64,000 bases of DNA. It comes from Octopus vulgaris (lineage: Eukaryota). Below the pieces are notes generated by a model. That model had not been told where the DNA came from. It made no database searches and worked only from the letters and a program-made list of their open reading frames with translations. Shown here one piece after another: positions 14,199 through 27,147 of the stretch. The stretch is taken from positions 90,768,001 to 90,832,000 of the forward strand of contig OX597818.1 of NCBI GenBank assembly GCA_951406725.2, in the 5' to 3' direction. The first letter of the stretch is position 1, and every line of letters starts with the position of its first letter. The position numbers were made by a program, and so were the translations under genes.

Positions 14199-14429
14199 TC
14201 GAACATGGGTTATGACATGTCTTCCGACATGCGACCTGACATGTGGTCAGACATGAGATCAGACATGAGATCAGACATGAGGTCAGATATGAGGACAGAA
14301 ATGCAGACCGGCATGCAATCCGGCATGCAACCCGGCATGAGATCAGATTTCACCTCTGGCCTTAGTTCCGACATGGGTCCTGGCTCTTACTCTGGCTCTT
14401 ATTCCGACAGTTTCAACGAAGGCGTAATG
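14199..14429 (+). CDS. S-crystallin gene 1, loop exon B (231 nt, phase 0/0; tetrapeptide-repeat low-complexity loop)
   Basis: Acceptor tgttcttttctag|, donor ATG|gtaaga; SNMGYDMSSDMRPDMWSDMRSDMRSDMRSDMRTEMQTGMQSGMQPGMRSDFTSGLSSDMGPGSYSGSYSDSFNEGVM, open and frame-preserving. Confidence 0.85.
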
Positions 14430-14464
14430 GTAAGATTCTGTCCTTTTTTCTTTGTTGTTCAGCT

Positions 14465-14474
14465 AGCTATCTAG

Positions 14475-14567
<93 letters not shown>

Positions 14568-14940
14568 CGCTCAGTCGAAGTCGACTCTCGGTTACTCGTT
14601 GGATCGGTGTCCTCCAGTCAGTTCTATCCTGGACCGCTTCTTTCAGATTGGCTATGTCCATTCCGGTATCACTCTTGATGGCGTCAAGCCAGCGGGTTCT
14701 TGGTCGGCCTCTTCCTCTCTTGCCACTGACCATTCCGAGCATGATGTCCTTCTCCAGGGATTTTCTCCGCATAATATGACCGAAATATGCCAATCTATGC
14801 TTGGTGATCCTAGCTTCTAGCGACAGTTTCGGCCTGATCTAGCTTAAGAACTTCTCCATTGGCGAGCCTCGCTGTCCATGGAATCCGTAAAAGTCTTCTC
14901 CAACACCAAAGCTCGAATGTATTAATTCTCTTCTGATGGA
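14465..14940 (-). mobile_element. 5'-truncated RTE (BovB-like) LINE with (GATA)n tail
   Basis: FELWCWRRLLRIPWTAR...YFGHIMRRKSLEKDIMLGMVSGKRGRGRPRTRWLD...RVTESRLRLSG* is the RTE C-terminus; the stop runs directly into (GATA)n. Confidence 0.9.
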
Positions 14941-15508
14941 TTGGATATCTAGTTAATCTCTCCATCTCCGTCCAGAGCTCAAGCTTAATTATAATCACTT
15001 CTGAATCGATAAAACTGGTATCAATTAAGCAATGGTGTTGATACAATCAACTATTTTACTTGCACGCTAGTTAAATATAAATGGAGCTTGTTCCTTTTCA
15101 CTGATAGCTTTCACTTATAATTCTTTTATCTCAAAAGATTAACATCACAACTTTAATGATTTGAAGCAATTTTCTAACAACTCTTTAATTAGTTTTCACC
15201 GTGTCATTCTATGTTGCTATATCCCTCATGTTATTTATTTTGTAACGATATACTTACAATTAAAATAACGTTTTCTTTTTCGTTTGAAAAGAATCTATCT
15301 TTATGGAATCAAATTGTAGGAAACATGTGCGTATACATATATATATATATACATTCACACAACACACACACACATATATATATATATATACTCATAGGTG
15401 TATATATATATATATATATATGCACAAATATATAGAGATATACATGCACATTCAAAACACACCTGCGTACAAATATATGCAAACTTATGCTTACGTATGT
15501 GCAAGTAT

Positions 15509-15566
<58 letters not shown>

Positions 15567-16094
15567 ACAGACACACACACGTGTGTGTATGCGTACACAA
15601 GTTAGAGTAGATTTTGTTTTTTACAATAAAATAAAAAAAATCTCACCTTAAACGACCTTCTGAATACCAGCAAGAGACAGCAAAATATAGTATATTTATT
15701 TAAAACTAATATTGATATTGTTCAGTGAATACTACGGAGTTCATAGAAGAAATCTCAGTTAGTGTTCAACATATTCAGTCAATGAAACATGAAAAGGCGT
15801 TAATAAAATAGATTGAACTTCGAAATAGTCGTGTTTGTTAATATTTTACACGAATAGTTTCCATTGGGACACAATCGCCGCAGAAGACAATACATTTCTA
15901 AGAAGAATTATCCATCGTAATTGAATTTTAAAAAATAATTATGAACATCATCGTTTCATATATTAACCGCTCTATCTATCTATCTAGCTAGCTAGCTATA
16001 TATATATATATATATATATGCGTGTGTTTGTGTGTATGTATATATATATATATATATATATATACATCTACTTACCTACCTACCTAACAATATA

Positions 16095-16142
<48 letters not shown>

Positions 16143-16195
16143 CATCATATGGTTATGTATATACACCTATACGTATATATGAATATGTATATATA

Positions 16196-16350
16196 GGAGT
16201 GGCTGTATGGCAAGTAGCTTGCTTACCAACCACATGGTTCCGGGTTCAATCCCACTGCGAGACACCTTGGGCAAGTGTCTTCTATTATATTCTCGGGCCG
16301 ACCAAAGCCTTGTGCGTTGATATGGTAGACGGAACTGAAAGAAGCGCACC

Positions 16351-16352
<2 letters not shown>
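16196..16352 (+). mobile_element. SINE family B, 5' half
   Basis: Matches 9010-9170. Confidence 0.8.
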
Positions 16353-16444
<92 letters not shown>

Positions 16445-16753
16445 TGCATGAAGGCTAAGGAAATCGAAATTTCGAAGACGCAGTGAACACTACTCTTGGA
16501 AAAGAATGATAACTATGGACACTACAAAATTATTGACCGTTATTTCAGTTTAGTGTAAACATTTTTGTTACAGCCTAACGTAGAAACGAACGTGTGTGTG
16601 AGTGTGTATGTATATGTGTCTTCATCTGTGTGTTCGCGGTATGAACTTCAACAAGCAGTACAACATACCATCAGTTAAGAGAGTAAAGATATTTATCATA
16701 ATGAAAAACCGCTGCATCTAATCTAATATTCATTTATGCTTTCTTGCTTTTAG

Positions 16754-16861
16754 TACGAAAGGCGAAGAAGGTTTATGGAAACTTGTCGCAGGGTGCTTCC
16801 TTTCATGGAGAGAACTTTGGAAATGTACCACAATGGAAATCAGTACTTCATGGGTGACCAA
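16754..16861 (+). CDS. S-crystallin gene 1, penultimate exon (108 nt, phase 0/0)
   Basis: Acceptor ttcttgcttttag|, donor CAA|gtacgt; [36 protein letters not shown], typical S-crystallin C-domain. Confidence 0.95.
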
Positions 16862-16865
16862 GTAC

Positions 16866-16866
<1 letters not shown>

Positions 16867-16927
<61 letters not shown>

Positions 16928-17390
16928 CATCATCATCATCATCACTATTATTATTATGCAGTAATGTCATTTTCATCACGTGCTTTCACTGCACTACCGA
17001 GCGCAGCTCTTTGTGTCTTGGGTATGTGCTGTGGTTTGCTGTGGTGCTCTTATATTCACTGTATTGAAAGTGCTTTACGTATTATGTGTGCAGTACCTAG
17101 TAGTGCTATTTTCTGTATGTTATATATACTTGTTAGTCCCGGGGTATTTGTTATGTATTTGTCTGAATGTTTTCTTAACATACCTAATGCGCCTACTACT
17201 ATAGGAATTGTTTGTTTTTATGCTCCACACTCGAGTTGCCTCTATTTCCAGATCTTTGTATTTTGAAAGTTTCTCCATTTTTTTAGAGAAACACTGTCAT
17301 GTATTAGAATTGATACAACGATTAGAAAGTGATCTCTGACACGTATCCAGGCTTATTTCGCTATTTGTGTGTATTGGCATATCCCAGAGC
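16867..17390 (-). mobile_element. 3' end of an R4/Dong-like (restriction-like endonuclease) non-LTR retrotransposon with (TAA)n/(TGA)n tail
   Basis: Minus strand reads [69 protein letters not shown] (one frameshift), then 3' UTR and triplet tail; a second decayed copy lies near 17510-17640. Confidence 0.75.
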
Positions 17391-17823
17391 ATGGTTAATC
17401 AGCGCACTGCCTCATGAAGGGCACAGACAGCCTTTACTGCACACTGCGTACACAACCGTGTGCCGCCATCTGTTAGCGCGCTACATAACTAGTCCTGGAA
17501 CGTCTTGGTACCTCCTCCTACATATAGTGTGTTCAAATTTTGTTTTGGTTTTATTACGTTTATTACACTGAAAAAAAAAACTTACCAAATATATGTGCGG
17601 TGCCTAGAAATGTTATTTTTCGTATATCATACATGTTTGCATGCGCCGTGGTTACGGTTATGTATTTGTCCGTATATCTTTCTTTTACCATTCTCAAAAC
17701 GCCCCACTCTTTGAATAGTTTCTGTTTTTCTGATTCCATAAACGACATAATTTCTAAGCATGCAAACAGTATACCTGATCGCATCAGATCAGGTATTTAT
17801 ATATACATATGTATATATGAGTG

Positions 17824-17890
<67 letters not shown>

Positions 17891-17947
17891 GTGTGTGAGT
17901 GTGTTTGTGTGCGTGTGCGTATGCATACATGAGATGTTTACCAACAT

Positions 17948-18260
17948 TGGAAAGTGCGTCGGTTGAAAAATTGCGGAATCCTTTCAATATGAAACCCTTG
18001 GTTGCTTTTTTATCAATAAACAAACCATATGTGTGTGTGTATGTGTGTGTGAGCGTGTGTATATGTGTTTGTGTGTATGCACACGTGAGAGGTTTAATCA
18101 ATATTCGAAAGCCGTTCAGTTGAAAAATTGTCTGACGCTTCCCATATGAAACCCTTGGTTACCTTTTTTACCCACAAATAAAGCATGTGTGTGTGTGCTT
18201 GTTTGTGTGTGCGTGTTAGTTTGCGTGCATGTTGTGTATGCATATGTGTGTATTAACATG
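17948..18260 (+). repeat. Diverged ~157-bp tandem duplication upstream of the last exon of gene 1
   Basis: gttgaaaaattg...atatgaaacccttggtt.c.ttttt occurs near 17962 and 18119. Confidence 0.7.
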
Positions 18261-18310
18261 CATACATACAAACTCACAATCTTACGCTTCTCTTTGTATC
18301 TTTCCTTCAG

Positions 18311-18475
18311 ATGACTATGTGTGATATGATGTGCTACGCCGCCCTTGAAAGTCCACTGCATGAGAACCCATCTCTGCTGAGCAACTATCCAAAACTGAGG
18401 TCTCTTAGAGATCGTGTTGCAGCCCACGCAAAAATCTCCACTTACTTCAAGAGACGTAACTTCTCTGATTTCTAG
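18311..18475 (+). CDS. S-crystallin gene 1, last exon (165 nt incl. TAG)
   Basis: Acceptor tttccttcag|; [54 protein letters not shown]. Confidence 0.95.
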   Translation: MTMCDMMCYAALESPLHENPSLLSNYPKLRSLRDRVAAHAKISTYFKRRNFSDF

Positions 18476-18676
18476 ATTGCAAAATGAACCCTACCAAGCA
18501 AATACCTATCTTGTAAAAACGGGAGACAGATTGATAAAAGGTCCGTCTCTGTATCGCATAATCCGGAGTTATAATCTCCAACACAATGCTCCCCACCTAG
18601 TATGCTCGATTATTAACACAATAATCTGTCGCTACCAATTCAAATTTTAACGCAGTTTCAATACTCTACATTCAAG

Positions 18677-18757
<81 letters not shown>

Positions 18758-19092
18758 TGCTTATGTAGGGTGATGATGAAAGATTCTGAATCCTGCGCGA
18801 GCACGCCAATAGGTGGCGCTTCTGTGCAGATTTTTTTCTGGAAACTCGGCTATTGTATCGTACAGAGTTTTTTTTATAGTTCTTCAAGTAAAAATGGATA
18901 GCAAAAAAAGAACGAAAAAAGAAAGAAAGTGAGAAATAATGAGAAACGAAGAAAAAAAAGATGGAAGGAACTATTAAAATATTAATTAGTCAATTTATAT
19001 TTAAAGTTTCTTTTGGTGTACGATATAAATATGGCTATTACTTTCGATATAGTTACTGAAGAGCAAAAAAAGATAACTATGTATATACTGGC

Positions 19093-19141
<49 letters not shown>

Positions 19142-19720
19142 TGTATTGATATATTGATATCATGGAGGTACATCACGGGTGCATAAAATAATAAAATACT
19201 TTGAGCAAGATAATAAAATACATTTTTTGTGTTTTTATTTATGTTGTTGCCCTTAATTTTGTTTGCTCTATGCATTAACGATTATGATGAGGTTGGTGAC
19301 GATGACGAAGACGATGTTGATGATAATGGGTTGGTGTTGATGATGATGATGGTGATGATGCTGCGGCTGCCACTGACGATCATAATTATGGTGATGGAAA
19401 TAATGGTGAGGACTAACCATGTGTGTCGAGTGTGAAACATCAACATGTTTATTAGCAGTGCTAGGTCTTTCAGTAATTAAAAAAAGAATTGAAAGCTACC
19501 TGTATATTACTATATATATATATATAAATTTGTGTGTGAGTGGTTGCTAAGAACTAGGCTGTGTCTTTGATTGGATGCGTATCAACCTTAACTGAATGCC
19601 AAAATATTCTTCTTCATACCAAGACGGGGAAGCCGATATTTGACCAAACTTGAAGCTAGAAGTCCAAAAGCAGGAATATTTACAGCAAAGTATCTAACTA
19701 GATGCTTGAAAAATCTTGCG

Positions 19721-19856
19721 CATCTCCCGCCCATCTACTGCCCACCTACTGCCCATCTACTGCCCACCTACTGCTCATCTACTTCCTGCCTACTTCCCAT
19801 CTACTGCCCTCCGTCCTGCTGCCCATCTATTTCCCACCTACATCCCATCTACTGCT
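19721..19856 (+). repeat. 11-bp minisatellite (ctgcccaYcta)n
   Basis: About a dozen degenerate units seen directly. Confidence 0.85.
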
Positions 19857-20421
19857 GTTTAACCCTTAAACAGTGGGAAAGAGGTGCATGAATCTGTGTG
19901 TCAAACATGGGGAAAAAATGGAAAATCTATTTTACCGAAGGGTAATTTTTATAATTAACTTTACTTAAATAAGTACAAAAACTAAAATAATTGCTAGTCC
20001 CTTGCATAAAGAAATTTACAGTCTCATTATAGAAAAGTGTCTTAAAAAATTTATTTCCCTTTGATGATGGCCTTATCCATACAAAAGTTTTGAAACAAAT
20101 TCATAGTGTTCAATGTTCTCTAACGAAACAGATGAGTCCACCGTTTAAGGGTTCAACGACAAATTAACCTCGTCGAGATAGATTTTAACTCAAACCGCAG
20201 AGAGCAAGAACATATTCTAGGCAACATTTCTAATAGTACAGACAATCCATCGCTATTTTTAAGCGACCACATTATGTTAGGTGCATATAGAAAGTGGCGG
20301 AACTTTACAATCTCGTGGTTTCAAGATCCATCCCACTGCGCTGCATCTTGGGCAAGTTGCATCTAGTAGGGAAGTTGTTTGTGCATATATATACTGTATA
20401 TATATATATATATATACACAC

Positions 20422-20509
<88 letters not shown>

Positions 20510-21099
20510 ACATATGCATACACTTTATATGTGGATTAACAAGGCTGCGATTTGTTTCATTAGGAGAAATTTCTCAATTATCAAGTTTTTTATACTGGAC
20601 GTTGTTGCTAGTCTCCATCTTGGGTCAAAGCACAACGAAATCACACGGTATCACACGGTATCACACGGAAATTAGTGATAACATAAATATTATTGTTGAA
20701 GGTTCTTGATTTTTTTGGTTATATGAAACAATTGCAGATGTAGAGATAAATTTGAATAGTGAAATGCCGCTGAACATTTTGTACGGCGTGCTAACGATTC
20801 TTCCAGCTTTGTGCCTTTGATTACCTTAATCTGTTCTACTCTAGTCACATGTTCTGAAATTTTTAAGAGAGAGAGAATAAGTTGATTACATCGACCCCAG
20901 TCCTCATTGGTCCCGAAAGATATATAAGCAACGTCAACGTCGGCCTAATTTCAACTCAGAACGCAAATATGGACTTAATGCTGGTAAGCATTTGCCTGAC
21001 GTGCGAACGATACTGCTACCTCGCCACGTTCGATTTCCTTACTAAGGATTTCCCTTTATTTTTGTTCAGTAATAATGATTTCTTTCCTTAATAATAATG

Positions 21100-21920
21100 A
21101 TAATTGTTCACAACTATCACGTTCAAAATATTATCGATAATGATGCTGGAAAATCAATGAGTGCCATTATCAAGGAACTTCAGGTATCAGAACGCATTTT
21201 CAAAACTGTGGTGTACGAGGACGTTAGATATAAATGTTACGTAGCGAGAAGAGGCCAGTTCCTGCCTGCAAAAACAGTAGAAAACCGTTTGATCCGTGCC
21301 AAGTGGTTACTTAAAATTATATATCTTCACGAACATGGCATGCTTTGCCTAAGGCAAAAATTGAAACCAGATAATAGAGAGATGGTTATGTACAGATCGT
21401 ACTGGTGTTCCCAGACTGAAGCATACCACATTTCCAGAAACAGATGCATACAACATTTCCAGTAATGGTACTGGTTTTAGAAGTGTTGAGTAACGAAAGC
21501 CATGCCATGCCATCTGACATCTGTTAGAATTAATGCTGCTGAATACATTGAGATGCTGGAGACTCTAATTAATCCCTCGATGGATGAAACACTTTGCAGA
21601 AGGATAAAAGTCTATGAAAAGTACTCAGAGCCTTCCACGAAGCTCATGTAGGAAAAGCCTGCATATCAGACAATATTTGTGATGATTTAACTCAAACGCG
21701 GAGCTTCATAACTCCATATTTATAACTTAGGGACAACTTCATTTGGAACATTGCCGAAAGGGGACTAATCGTATTCTCACAGTACTATAACTTTTCTGAA
21801 GGCTGCCATTTTCCAAGTGATATCCGAAATAAGTAACAAGCATCTCATACAGGTATGGCAACGATTCTGGTCCCGGACCGAATCAATAACCGATGTCGAA
21901 GGTAGATTAATAAAGTAAAT
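21100..21920 (+). mobile_element. Decayed Tc1/mariner-superfamily (maT-like) transposase relic
   Basis: KSMSAIIKELQVSERIFKTVVYEDVRYKCY...ENRLIRAKWLLK resembles an HTH-linker region; downstream sequence is frameshifted. Confidence 0.55.
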
Positions 21921-22120
21921 TTATGAGAAATTTTACCGAGACCATGCGTACACATTTTTATTTATTAAAATGCATTTGATCTTTCCGTCTCTACTGTTAT
22001 TAAATTACCAAATATGTCCTTACATATGTTTCGTGCACTGCTCACGCTCTTTTGTCTTAATAACGGTCAATCACGCAGTAATTTCCCTTTGTATAACGGT
22101 CATTTTTTATAGTATTTTTC

Positions 22121-22200
22121 CGATGGCCGGATAACTGAAGAGATGGCGGCGTGGATTTCCACCTCGGCATCCGAAACTCGGAGTTTTATCATGGCTATCG
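22121..22200 (+). ncRNA. Type I hammerhead ribozyme motif within a pLTR-like repeat (22120-22286)
   Basis: cgatggccggataa-CTGAAGA-gatg...catcc-GAAA-ctcggag-TT-ttatcatggctatcg: ~14-bp stem I, GATG/CATC stem II, minimal stem III, GUU triplet. Confidence 0.65.
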
Positions 22201-22717
22201 AATAATTGTCACATATTACATTTACAGATAAATTCCTCAATTTACATAATATCGAGGTCTCTTTCATTCTTTTGTTGTCTTACCATTTTTATACATGTGT
22301 GTGTATATATATATATATTTGTTGTCTTACTATTTTTATCATATATATATATATACGTATGTATGTATGTATGTATGTATGTATGTATGTATGTATGTAT
22401 GTATGTATGTATTTATGTATGTAAGTATATTTATATAATCTACGCAGTACAAACAGTACAAAGTTATAAAGATGACAGCTCCTAATAGTTTCTTGCTGTG
22501 GACTCGTGTCTAGGCAGATTTTATAACATGCCTTATGCCTCTAAGCAGATTTCATGCTCTGAGTACATGGTCTGTTCTATTAGGAAATCAGGGTTCGGGT
22601 ACATAAGAAACTACTAGAAAAAAAAAAGCACAGAAGAAAGCGAGAATATTTTGTGCAAAAAGTGGAAGACTTAATAGAAACGAAACAGAAAAGAAGAGAA
22701 AAGAAGCACCAATGTTA

Positions 22718-23294
22718 AGGTGACAAGCTGGGAGAGCCGTTAGCACACCGAGTTAAATACTTCAGCCGCATTTCGCCCATCGTTAAGTTCTGAGTTCAAA
22801 TTCCGCCGAAGTCGACTCTCTTAGGCGGCGAGGTAACAAAATCGTTAGCTAACTTTCAGGGTCGATAAAATAAGTACCAGTTGAGTACCAGTGTTCATGT
22901 GATCGACAAATCCCCTTCTCCAAAATTCCAGGCCTGGTGCCTATATTAGAAAGCTGGCAGAAGCGTAAGCAGGCCAGGTAAAATGCGTAGCAGCATTTCG
23001 TCCGAATTTACATTCTGAGTTCAAATGCCACCGAGGTCGACCTTGCATTTCATCCTTTCGGGACGATAAAATAAGTATCAGTTACGTACTGGAGTCGATG
23101 TAATCTACTGTTTCTCTCCCACAAAATTTAAGATCTTGTGCTTTTAGTAGGAAGGATTATTAATTTTGCCGGGGTCGACTTTGCCTTTCATCCTTGACGG
23201 GTTGATAAATTAAGTACCGGTGAAACATTGAAAACGATGTAACCTACTTACCCCCACACCCCAAATTTCAGACCTTGTGCCTATAGCAGAAAGG

Positions 23295-23297
<3 letters not shown>
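22718..23297 (+). mobile_element. Cluster of SINE family A copies ending in (TTA)n
   Basis: Repeated ctgagttcaaa...gtcga and aagtacc.g motifs. Confidence 0.8.
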
Positions 23298-23355
<58 letters not shown>

Positions 23356-23889
23356 GTAGTAGTAGTAGTAGTAGTAATGTCGTTGTCATTATTCCGATCA
23401 ATAGCTACAATCCAAACAGCATGTGTTAAATTAATTAATGTCAATTGTTTACATTTCCATCCCATGACAAAAACAGAACTTAAAATAGCGTATTATTGGA
23501 GATAAGAAAGTGATATTGTGATAGCTACGCCATCACCTACGGCTAACATTATAAATCTGTTTTTTAAATTCCTTTCTATTTCCATCGCTCATATTATTAT
23601 CACTGACGTTTCACTGAAGACTAAGCATGTTCTGTCTTTATTTTCTTCGTTTATAGTCATATTGGAAGTACTACATCACCGAATGTTCGTCAATCAGTTT
23701 GATTTTTGCACACGTTTTTTTAAATTCTGGTCGTTAGTATTTTTTTTTTCATTTGTATTAGTATTTTCATTTCCCCGAAGATTTGACATTCCGATTTGCA
23801 TTTTTCCATCTTCCTGTCAACAACTATTCTCCTGTCAATATAAATTAATGAATACATACATACATATATATGTGTCTGCGTATATATAC

Positions 23890-24275
23890 TCTTTTACTCT
23901 TTTACTTTTTTCAGTCATTTGACTGCGGCCATGCTGGAGCACCGCCTTTAATCGAACAAATCGACCCCGGGACTTATTCTTTTGTAAGCCCAGTACTTAT
24001 TCTATCGGTCTCTTTTGCCGAACCGCTGAGTAACGGGGACATAAACATACCAGCATCGGTTGTCAAGCAATGCTAGGAGGATAAACACAGACACGCAAAC
24101 ACACATACGCATACGACGGTCTTCTTTCAGTTTTCCGTCTACCAAATCCACTCACAAGGCATTGGTCGGCCCGGGGCTATAGCAGAAGACACTTGCCCAA
24201 GGTGCCACGCAGTGGGACTGAACCCGGAACCATGTGGTTGGTAAACAAGCTACTTAACACACAGCCACTCCTGCG
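23890..24275 (-). mobile_element. SINE family B, full length
   Basis: Reverse complement of 38150-38618. Confidence 0.88.
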
Positions 24276-24277
24276 CC

Positions 24278-24319
<42 letters not shown>

Positions 24320-24377
24320 GTAAATATATGTATATATATTTATATGTATATATATGTGTGGTGTGTGTGTGTGTGTA

Positions 24378-24423
<46 letters not shown>

Positions 24424-25686
24424 GATCGCCATGATAGATCGCTAGCCACTACACATTTTTATTTTCTCTCCTTGTTTCTTGCTGTGTTCCTTTCTGTGGA
24501 AGAGCGTAGGCTCGAAACGTTAAAGACTTTTTCACTTCCCAAGCGTTATACTAGTACATCTGCTTGTCGTCTACACCACCTATCTTCGTCTTTTGTTTTT
24601 TTGTGAATTCTCCCTATATGTATATATATATATATACATACGAGCAAAACCCTTCTCGTCCAATGGAAGGTGGTGAGTTGTCAAACATTTAAACCAAATT
24701 TTCTCAAAACAACTTGTCCGACCGTCCCATAGGCCTCCCATTTGAGAAACACTGATTTAACCTAAATTTGAGACACCGGCAAAAGAAGAAATAAAGATAG
24801 ACTTTTTTCTATTCCAAACGATTTTATTCACACAAGTATGCAACCGAAGGGTTTAAAGTATCAGTAAGTACATCGCAACAGCTGATATACTTGCACGTAC
24901 AAATGCACGTCACCACGGCTTTATCGATCGTATTTTCACCTGGAATTGATTTCTGTAATTTTTTCAAGACTTATACACGCCCTTATACCGTCGGTATCTA
25001 CATATCAAATTTGAGCGCAATCAGATGGAGGATGCCCGACATCCTAGAAGACACACAGACAGACAGAACGGATTTTATATAATAGATATCGGAACATATA
25101 GAGTACAAATTGCCTAACGCTGAATTACCAAAGAAATAGAATGGCTGACAGTTATCTATTAAGTGTTTAAGAAGCTCGCTTTCCAACCACGTTTTTGGCG
25201 GTTCAGTTTCTATTTCAACAGCCATAGCTGACCAATATTTTCTGAATGAATTCTGCGCGCGCCCAATTTGTGTGTCAATGGGTGAAAGAGTGAACGTATT
25301 TGTGTTTGTGTGAGTACGTGTGTGTCCAGCCTCGCGTGTCTATAAGCCGCTCTTTATCACGCCATCGGTGACATAGCGGTAGGATGGAGTAATAATCTGC
25401 ATAACTTGTCGGTTCACATTGCGAAGCCGACCCCACCACCACCAAAACAAAAACAAAACTAATAAATATTCGGTTCGTTTTGTTTGACTAAATCTCTTGA
25501 AAGTGGTGCACCAGCATGGCCTCAGAACAATGACTAAAATAAGAAAGAAGACAAAGCTGGATATATACCTATTATTCGATTGTTTTGTACATATTTCAGT
25601 CATTTAACCACTGCTACGCTGGGGTACTGCCTTCAAGAGCTCCAGCCTAACAAATCGGCCAGAGAACTTTTTGTTTAAAAACCAAC

Positions 25687-25831
25687 TATAAGGTTGTCCC
25701 AAAAGTTCGTAGAAAGTCTTGGAAAATAATGGTCTTTATTTTGAGGAATAATTTTTGTTGTTTTTGTTAGTACTTGGCGAGTAAAAATTCAATTTTCGCA
25801 AGTGTTTACGAACTTTTGGGACAACCTAATA
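25687..25831. mobile_element. Tc1/mariner-type MITE (~140 bp)
   Basis: Perfect 21-bp TIRs aggttgtcccaaaagttcgta (25691-25711) / tacgaacttttgggacaacct (25807-25827), flanked by TA. Confidence 0.85.
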
Positions 25832-25940
25832 TTTATTCTATCGATCACTTTAGCCGAAACTGCTAAAGTAAAGTGACGTAAATAGATCATTACCGTTTGT
25901 GAACAGGTGTGGAGCGACGAACACAAAAACAAACACATAC

Positions 25941-26754
25941 ACAAAATTGCTGCAGAGCTTAATGACCGCTTCGGGAAACCAGTTTCCACAAAAAACTGTT
26001 CGCCGGGAACTGCACAAAGTCGGATTTCACGGGGCGGGGGACTGCAATCACAAAAAACTACCACTTTCAAAAACAAATATAGCAAAGCGTTGAGAGTGGA
26101 GTAAAAACCTACTGAAATGATGCCTAGAGCAATGGAAGAATGTTATTTTTCTCGGGCGAGTCATCCTTTACCTTATTTCTGACCATCGGCCGAGTATACG
26201 TATGGAGACAGCCACATTTGACCTAGACTGCCTTTTTCCAACTGTTAAACATGGAGGAAGATCTGTGATGAACTGGGAGGGGCGGGGGCTATAGCTTGGA
26301 AACTCGCCGACTCAATTATTTCTGTTCATGGCAGAATAGTCAAGACTATTTAAGCATTTTATCTGATCAAATTCATCCTATGGTTGCGGAATCTTTCGGG
26401 TTGATAATGCACCAATTCACACAGCTCAAGTTGTTACTGAATGGCACGAGGAACATTCTAGTGAAGTTGAGGATCTTATCTGGCTACCACAGTCGCCAGA
26501 TCTCAGTATTATTGAAAATTTATGGTGTATTTTAGAAAAATAAGTGAAAAGTCGATATCATCTACCGTCATCACTACAAGAACTAGAAACTGTTTTAGAT
26601 GATGAATGGGCAAAAATTCGTTTAAAAACCATTCAAAATTTGTCCATACCTCGTAGAATTCCAGTTGTAATTATTACCAAAGCTGGTCCTACCCCATATT
26701 AAAATAAATTTGTTAGAAAATTTAAGGTGGCTCCATTATTTTGTCCAACCCCTG
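25941..26754 (+). mobile_element. Tc1-like transposase pseudogene with right terminus
   Basis: KIAAELN...TVRRELHKVG, WKNVIF, PTVKHGG, DNAPIH, W.PQSPDLSIIENLW across frameshifts; ends ttttgtccaacccctg|TA. Confidence 0.85.
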
Positions 26755-27111
26755 TATATGAAAGTGTGTGTGCGTGTGTGTGTGTGTGTGTGTACATAAT
26801 TCCTGCTTGCTGGCGAGTGACGAGTGACGAGTGACACAACTAGAACTGGTTAAAGAGAGATAACTCCATCTCACCTATATGTGGTGTGGCACTTAAAAGT
26901 CTTTTGTTTCAGGTTTTTTTAAACCCTGCTACCCAAGACAGTTTCTTACCTCTATTTGTAAAGATATGTGCTTCCGACTACCATGTCTATCGAGTCGCGT
27001 ATGCCGTTAAGTTCAATAATAAGCGTGAACCCAATGTCAATCTTCCAACCGGCTACTTTAAATATATGTGTTTGTATGTGAACGCATGCATGTGTTTGTA
27101 TATGTCTGTGG

Positions 27112-27147
<36 letters not shown>

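Noticed and set aside
14199-14429. Reflectin gene fragment
   Set aside because: Met/Asp-rich but period-4 DM rather than the reflectin M/FD-X5-MD-X5-MD motif, and it splices in frame into the S-crystallin
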